From: Bugula neritina
Lineage: Eukaryota > Animalia > Bryozoa
Assembly: GCA_964035545.1 (NCBI GenBank)
Contig: OZ037765.1
Location: forward strand, 28,085,504 to 28,149,503
Direction: 5' to 3'
Length of the DNA: 64,000 nt
The translations under genes and the position numbers were made by a program. Each line of letters starts with the position of its first letter. Position 1 is the stretch's first letter. The notes beneath the pieces were generated by a model. That model was not told the origin of the DNA, did no database searches, and saw only the letters and a list, made by a program, of their open reading frames with translations. Positions 56,589 to 64,000 of the stretch are shown here, piece after piece.

Positions 56589-57449
56589 TCAAGAAATTCC
56601 ATCATTATCTGACGTGAACATTTTCCAATAAACTTCATACGACGCATTTATAATGCCCCATGAAAGTAAAGATCTTGTAAAATTTAAATGAACACCTCGA
56701 AACATTTTTCTCCAGGATCTATTTCGTTCATTGAATACCGTATTATATGTGTCTATAATGCCGATGAATTCTCCTCCCATTTTTGATTGCATTCTGGTCT
56801 TGATGACATTAATTGGATAGAAAGTTGTGCTTATACTAGCACCCAGGACAGCACCACTAATAAAGTCAGTACATATATTGCCTAAAGGAGTATCAGATGA
56901 TGGTAACATTTGTTTTAGAGGTTTTCTGATAAGAAAAAAAGCAGCATTGCTAGGACCATTTCTTATAAGAACGCAAGAAAGACCTCTGTAGTATTCACGC
57001 AATCCGTATGATTTAAGCGCAGAGGCAGCGTGAAATGTATTTCGAAAATGGCCATGATATTTCTTGTCTTGCATCAAAACTTGGATTCGTTCAAACGGAC
57101 AAAGTATCGCCTCCATACAACCAGCAATCAACGCAGCATTTGCATCACAAACTCTTTTATCCCATGTTGTGGTGGCCGATAGGTACATCCTATAGTGATC
57201 ATACATTCCAAACATTATAGACATGGAGGCTGTCTTTTGAGCCATCGGAGAAAGCATGCCACGGTATAAACTTCTGAACCCCTCTTTGTAAACTTGGTCA
57301 ATAGATTTGAAAAGACGGATGCCATGAAGTTGCTGCCTGAACATGATTTTGTGAATTGGGTATGTGATGGTAATGTTGGTGAAGGCAGCACCAGCACCAC
57401 ATATAAATTCCTTAGGATGAAATAGAGGTGCATTCTCTAAAATAGCCAT
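56589..57449 (-). CDS. SLC25A51: Mitochondrial NAD+ carrier SLC25A51/MCART1-like, 286 aa, single coding exon
   Basis: Carrier motifs YPIHKIMFRQQ, CPFERIQVLMQ, YPINVIKTRMQ and subfamily-typical QKT, RNGPSN and RSLLSWGIINASYE. ATG at 57449 just after the acceptor ttttgcag. Confidence 0.92.
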   Translation of the reverse strand: MAILENAPLFHPKEFICGAGAAFTNITITYPIHKIMFRQQLHGIRLFKSIDQVYKEGFRSLYRGMLSPMAQKTASMSIMFGMYDHYRMYLSATTTWDKRVCDANAALIAGCMEAILCPFERIQVLMQDKKYHGHFRNTFHAASALKSYGLREYYRGLSCVLIRNGPSNAAFFLIRKPLKQMLPSSDTPLGNICTDFISGAVLGASISTTFYPINVIKTRMQSKMGGEFIGIIDTYNTVFNERNRSWRKMFRGVHLNFTRSLLSWGIINASYEVYWKMFTSDNDGIS

Positions 57450-58419
57450 ACCTTCTGCAAAATAAACACAGTGATAAGCATATAGTAGGAAGATATCACA
57501 AATCATGCAAATTATTTAGAGTATGTATATAAAGAGGCAAACTGTACCTGCTCACGTTGACTTTGAAGTTCTCACTGTATTAGGCAGTGAGCTCCAGTTA
57601 GAAACGGAAGATGGCCACACATTTCTACAACCCATCAATTAGAATAGAAACATTTAAAAAGCTTAACCTATTGTAATTCATCATGGTAAATTATTCAATA
57701 AAGTTTGTTACAGCTCAAATGTTTCAAATAAAATCAATAATCATCATAGTTTGTTTCACCAAAATTACTTGTAATTAAATCTTCTTTACAAAAAACCAAT
57801 AACAGAGACTAAAAAATCTGTCACAACAAAATTAATTGAAAATAGAACGGCTAGTTAGCATACTCTAGACTTAATATTCTAACCTGAAAAAGTGGGCACG
57901 AAACGACTTGTGTCCGAAACGACATGCATCCTCAACTTTACGTTGATACTCATAATGACATTCAATATTATTATTATTATTATAATTATTATGTCAGCGT
58001 CACTGTCATAAATTAAAAATCAAATATTAATAAATTACAAATATTTACAACTGCATTTTGATTTTCATTTAGTGATTTACTAAATTAGTAAATGCAGGTG
58101 TAAATATGATATTAATTTTCATTCGGTTTGAAATTTACCATTTACTGTTTAGTTTTATTGATTAGAATCGTTTGATTTATAACTATTCTAATAGTGATTT
58201 AGTTTTACTAAGTAAATGTAATACTCTGACTCTAAGTCTAATAGTAATACTCAATGTTTTAATGTTTTACTTTTGGTGTTAGTTTGTTTTAAGAATAGAA
58301 TAGAAAATAAAATGGAATAGAAAATAAAATAGAAACATAATGTTAATCATAATGTTTTTATTTTATGAATAATGAATAGTAAATAATTATAATAAATACA
58401 ATAAAAATAAAATAGAAAC

Positions 58420-58640
58420 ATAATGAATAATGTTTTAGTATTACTATTACTATTAGTATTACTATTACTATTAGTATTAGTAATACTAATAATAATACTA
58501 GTACTAATAGTAATACTAATATTAATACTAATAGTAATAGTTATACTTATTCTTATAGTTAATGTTATACTTTTAGTTATAGTTATACTAATACTAATAG
58601 TATTACTATAAGTATAAGTATAACTTATACTTATACTTAT
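58420..58640. repeat. AT-rich hexamer low-complexity tract (tactaa/tagtaa/ttatac)
   Basis: Direct inspection. Confidence 0.85.
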
Positions 58641-58648
58641 AGTAAAAC

Positions 58649-58974
58649 TGAATTTTCTTATTGTATTACTCTTACTATTGGTAGTTACTGCCAGTAAAGT
58701 AAATTGCTACAGTTAGTAAGAATTACAAATACAATTACTGAATTACTATTAGTATTAGTATTACTAATAGTAATAGTATTAGTATTAGTAATAGTAATAC
58801 TAATACTAATAGTAATAGTAATACTAATAGTAATACTAATACTAATAGTAATAGTAATACTAATAGTAATAGTAATTCAGTAATTGTATTTGTTTTGTAA
58901 TTCTTACTAACAGTAGCAATTTACTTTACTGGCAGTAACTACCAATAGTAAGAGTAATACAATAAGAAAATTCA
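58649..58974. repeat. Inverted repeat with ~100-bp arms enclosing a (TAATAG/TAATAC) microsatellite
   Basis: tgaattttcttattg...ccagtaaagtaaattgctac at the left is mirrored at the right, with one substitution and one 5-nt indel. Confidence 0.9.
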
Positions 58975-60176
58975 TAGACATCATGACAGTAGCCTCAATT
59001 TGTTCTTTTGGGTAGGAAACTTAGCACTGATTATTTAATATTTAATATTTTATAATCAGAATGACTGAATTCAGTTTGTAAAATAAAATTTCTTGATTGA
59101 GTCGTTGACATAGTTGTTATTTTTATTATCGTTGCAAAGTTAATAGGCTAGGAATCACTGAGCTGGAAAAGATATTATTGAGTTCATTGCTAGGAATTAT
59201 ATGAATCGCCCGTTTTGACATTTATTCTACTTCGGCAAAAACAAGCTACAGTTTTACAACTACGTTTTACCATGGCACATGTATGTTCGAGAGTTATCTT
59301 TTCCTTTGCAAGTCTAAACTCGCTTGTGGTTTACGAACTGTTCCGAGCGGATTCATAGTACGACGCCGCAACAATAATTTATAGTGACTCAGGAAAGCAC
59401 AGATACAGTAATGCTTGAAACATGGCAAGAGGCAGTTCGCAGCAGAATACAAAAAAGTAGCAGATACTAGATAGAACTTTTAGTCGTACTGAAGTTGAAG
59501 CATTTTCTGAGATAGTCAAAGATATTGTTGCTTAGAAGACATAACAGGATAACGGGTTAACAAATATTACACTGTACCTATTACCTACTATTAAATTAAT
59601 ACTTGGCTGTTATTCAAGACCTTACAGGTAATACAATATTTACATAGTGTTGTTTATCTGGCACTGGGGCTCGACTCAACTCGACCTGGACATTTACAGA
59701 ACTAAGTGAGCTTCAACTTGATATTGGAAACAACAGCTGCTTATCATCATACATTAAATTTAATTTTAAAAGTAAAAGACTTGAAAAGTTGAAGTCAAAA
59801 CTGTAACATCTTCTGAGTTCTGACTATTTCAAAATAATAACATAACCTGTATTACTTTGTATTTTGGGATTGAGACTATATTATTCAAATCCAAGATGCA
59901 TATAAGTGGAAGCCTTCGATGCTGTGGGAATATTGTCTTAGCAGCCTTTTTGTGCCTGAACATTACATTTCTGGCAGCAACTGGAGCTCCATTGACAATG
60001 TCTGGAGTCAGCAATTACAAAGGTAAAAAGTAAAAATATCATAACGTTTGCATTTTGGAATTATATTCATATTGGCTATTGAGTAAACAGCAATATTTTA
60101 GACCATAAAATTGGATACTAAATATCAACTGCATGCTCAGATGCATGTTTATGTTGATGTTCTGATAGGTAGCCAC

Positions 60177-60254
60177 AGTGACAGTCACTGTAACTGACAG
60201 TCACTGTAACTGACAGTCACTGTAACTGACAGTCACTGTAACTGACAGTCACTG
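60177..60254. repeat. Perfect 16-bp tandem repeat (gtaactgacagtcact) x ~4.5
   Basis: Direct inspection. Confidence 0.9.
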
Positions 60255-63200
60255 GGTTAGTGACATGTTTGTTATTTCTTTAAAGCAGTTTTACAATTTC
60301 TAGATAGGGCCTATATACTTTCAGCCAGCTAATAATTATGTAATAATTATAATAACATTGGCTTTGATTTGCCCTCCATTCAATTGACATAACAATTTGA
60401 AGACTAGTCACTACTGGATTCTTGTCCTAGAAATGTTTAGCCTAATAGTAATATGTATTTCTTTTTACTTTCATCCAAGTAATACTAATACATAATAAAA
60501 TTATTCAAATATTGCTAAGTATTTATCAATGTGAGAAGAGAGTCATGACTTGATCCAATGGCTTTTTATACTCTTCCCATACTCTTATTGTTTACCTAAA
60601 AAGCAGTAAAATAGGAGAGATGTATAAATCGTGTTTATTGTTTGCTATCCCATATAATATGTTTGTCAAACTTTCCTTATCATAGCCAATATGTTCCAGT
60701 TAAACTGCGTACTAATGTATCATTAGATTATAAAAAGCAGTTACTAAAAATGAGCATCTGTAATCCATATACTTCGTCTCACTAATGAATGTTCATTATC
60801 ACGATACTAACTTTAGTATCATTACTTAATTTGAGTAAAATAATAAGTATCTGCTTTTATAGCATAGTTCCTTCCACTCTTTTCAGTTAGTTTCTCGCAA
60901 TCATTTCAATCTCTACCTAATTTGTACATAGGCTACTTCCTTCAAATCTAAGCTTCCCAGATTTATACCAAAATAGCTCTTGCCCTACAAAAATAATTTG
61001 TAATTAACAAGAAAAGCACTTTCTTCGCTTCTTTCTAGGAATGCAAGCTTTCGGTTTGAGAAAGTTTAGCTCTGTGGTACATAATACATTGATACATATT
61101 ATATTGGGTGTATATCAGATAGAGAATGTATTACAAGTGTATGTACATTATATTAAAAATGCATGCTTATAATATTTGTTATGGGTAAGATACTAGGAAG
61201 AGACTGTACTAGTATATAGAGTAGCACAACTTTTACTCTAACTTGATAAGTTGAAATAAGTTTTTTGGTGGGGAAAGTAAAAAACTCAAGAATGCCACCT
61301 GAGTGCATTCTAGCGAGAAAACTGATTGTTTACAGCACAGTTGGCAAGTCATTAATTATACCTTCTCCTAAGATTGTGATTGAGGTTAGGTGGTAAACCG
61401 CCAGTGGTAAATCCTAATAAACGGTCCATGACAAACAACCTCAGTAATTGGCTGTGTTGAAGCAGTCAAACCCCTATACTTCCAATAATAGGTTAAGCCT
61501 CTCAGACTTGCCCCTAAGTAGAGCAACCACCAGACTAAATTACTGCTTCTTTAATTGTGTCTCTCTCCACAAAAAAATCAAATTCTCTTAATTATATTTT
61601 CGTAGTTGGTAAACATTTTGCTTCGGATAATGATATATGTTTGTCTAAAGACCTTAAGTTGCTGAAATACTAAAACCTGACAAGTAGAAATATAATTATT
61701 ATGTAGCCGTGATTGAATTAAACCATTTCAAGTACAGGGATGTCTGATGGAGCAATTTTAAGTTGTGACTTATATCAATACTCTGTATCGCGTAGTTTAA
61801 CTACACAGTTTAGGTGTTGAGGTGGGAAAATAGATTCGCAGCTTTAAAATTAAATGAAATGTAATCTGTTACTTGATCAATAATTTTAACTTTTCCTCAA
61901 TCTGTAAATATTACAAGCTAGAGGCAGTAGTATGAAATGTGGCAAAGGAAGTTGTTTATAAGAATGGAGGAGAAAGGCAAGTGTGGGATGCCTGCCTACT
62001 GCTGCAGCTTAGTCAGGATGTTGTTGTGCTGTAAATAAATAGTTGACTGGCCGCAATGTGGCCCAGTAAATGCCATCATTTACCACAACACCTCATGAGG
62101 CTACACTAGTCGCTAATACAGAACAATGTATTTGCCGGGCCATGTGGTTTACTAGTGAGCTGAAATCGAAACAAACAGGGTCATTGATGCAAATTGCCAT
62201 AAATAAGCACAGCTATCACCACGGTGGCTTCTGTATGAATATTTACACTCTCTTTGGTCACCTACATAACAAAGTCCTCCCTCAACATACCCTCCTCACT
62301 TTTATCTCACCTTCTCTTTCTTGAAGCCCCGAATATTACGTCAGAGTAATCTACTTTATCTAAATGATATCAATGGAAGCAAATCAATACCACTTGGAAA
62401 AGCTCTGAATCATTTTTAGCAAACATCGCCTTTGTAATGGATATTACACAAGAGGAACTGACCTTTGTATACTAAGGACATGTTATTCATCTCGGCCATG
62501 TTTACTAAATTACTTGTTTGTAAGCATATATACATATCATACATACCATGACTAGTGCAGCAGCTTTGTACTAACAACACAAATTTATAGGGTTTAGGAT
62601 TACTAGTTTACCTACTGGATTTCAACACCTGCAGCTTTAGCTCAGCCTAATAATTTCCCCTTTAAAAAATTTCCCCGGTAAACCTATAATGATTCATTTG
62701 TTTTAAAATAACACTTAATAATTTATTAGTAGTCTATACCATTATAGGCTGTATACGCAAGTGTAATATATTCAAAGACATACGCAATGAATCTTGAAAT
62801 CACAACAACTATGAAATTTATGCCATTTATAATTACCTCCCAGTTAGAAAAAGTGTGTCAAGTCGAGCAATATGCAAAGATTATCTAAAATTAAGAATAG
62901 TTGACAAGTTGACAAGATTTTAGCAACTAACAATAATTTTTGGTACAAGTCTAAAGTGTGCAAGTATTTGTATCTGCGTTGCTGCCAAAAGATACTGAAT
63001 AGGAACAAACCTACGCGTTGAAAACTATAATTATTAAAAGCACGTATATAAAATAGCCTAAAAATAGAGATTTAAGTTACCATTTTAGGTGCATGCTCCA
63101 CTTAGCGTGACTGCACCAATCAAATTGCCTTTATTTGTTATTACGAAATAATAGGATATTTTCAATTACCTACCTAGACTTTTTAGTACATTATTATAAT

Positions 63201-63402
63201 ATGCCAAAAGAAGGTATTTAGAAAACTCCTCAGTAGTCTCAGTGGAAAAGTGATTTGACTTCCATTATTGTGGTTGGGTACCTCTCTTCTAGTAAACCTA
63301 ATTAGCAGTGCAGGCTGTCATGAATTGTTATCATCCTTCTCAATGTACACAAATAAAAACATCAACAATGAGGGTGTATTAGAGCCAACTGTTATACTTT
63401 TC

Positions 63403-63595
63403 CACTACTATTAGTACTACTACTCTACTACTACCACCACCAATACTATTATTACTACCACCACCACTACCACTAGTAGTAGTAGTACTACCACTACTAC
63501 TACTACTACTAGCAGTAGTAGTAGTAGTACCACTACCACCACCACTACTACTACTACTGCTAGTAGTAATAGTAGTACTACCACTACCACTACTA

Positions 63596-63633
<38 letters not shown>

Positions 63634-63703
63634 GCTGCTGCTACTACTACTGCTACTACTACTGCTACTGCTGCTGCTACTACTACTGCTACTGCTACTA
63701 CTG

Positions 63704-63740
<37 letters not shown>

Positions 63741-63961
63741 CACTACTACTACTGCTACTACTACTACTACTACTACTACTGCTACTACTGCTACTACTGC
63801 TACTGCTACTACTACTACTACTAATACTACTGCTACTACTACTACTACTACTACTACTACTGCTACCACTACTACTACTGCTACTGCTACTACTGCTACT
63901 ACTGCTACTACTGCTACTACTGCTACTACTGCTACTACTGCTACTACTGCTACTGCTACTG

Positions 63962-64000
<39 letters not shown>
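63403..64000. repeat. Compound (ACT)n/(GCT)/(ACC) trinucleotide microsatellite, runs off the right edge
   Basis: Direct inspection. Confidence 0.97.

Noticed and set aside
57895-57932. Duplicated cgaaacgac motif resembling a MITE terminus
   Set aside because: Too short, and no matching opposite end found.
58423-58611. Hydrophobic Leu/Ile/Val ORF (similar ones at 11536, 35220, 35305, 36725)
   Set aside because: Artefacts of periodic low-complexity tracts.
59829-62324. Isolated ORFs at 59829-60014 and 62070-62324
   Set aside because: No homology I recognise and no consistent exon chain; could be non-coding or part of a gene outside the window.
63420-63869. 149-aa poly-Val ORF
   Set aside because: Translation of the (ACT)n microsatellite.

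Overview
AT-rich, intron-rich nuclear DNA from an invertebrate animal (lophotrochozoan-like by general style; the species cannot be identified from the sequence alone). Nine spliced protein genes can be reconstructed by hand. In order: MTO1 (-, runs off the left edge) with a complete 3-exon orphan class A GPCR nested antisense in one intron; LIN7 (+, divergent from MTO1); a DCDC2-type doublecortin gene (-) with an unusual C-terminal block of five IQ motifs; NNT (-) head-to-head with mitochondrial IDH2 (+); a large uncharacterised gene (+); RABEPK (-) with a 74-codon ORF ending 2 nt before its ATG; and SLC25A51 (-), the mitochondrial NAD+ importer. The most striking signal is that NNT, IDH2 and SLC25A51, three core players in mitochondrial NAD+/NADPH supply, lie within about 32 kb, two of them sharing a divergent promoter region. 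Other highlights are a 426-bp near-perfect hairpin filling a GC-AG intron of NNT, with transition mismatches that are G.U pairs only on the transcribed strand; recurrent 3/6-periodic low-complexity tracts near gene 5' ends; and an RFX+forkhead motif module upstream of DCDC2. Exon boundaries were read by eye and some may be a few bases off.
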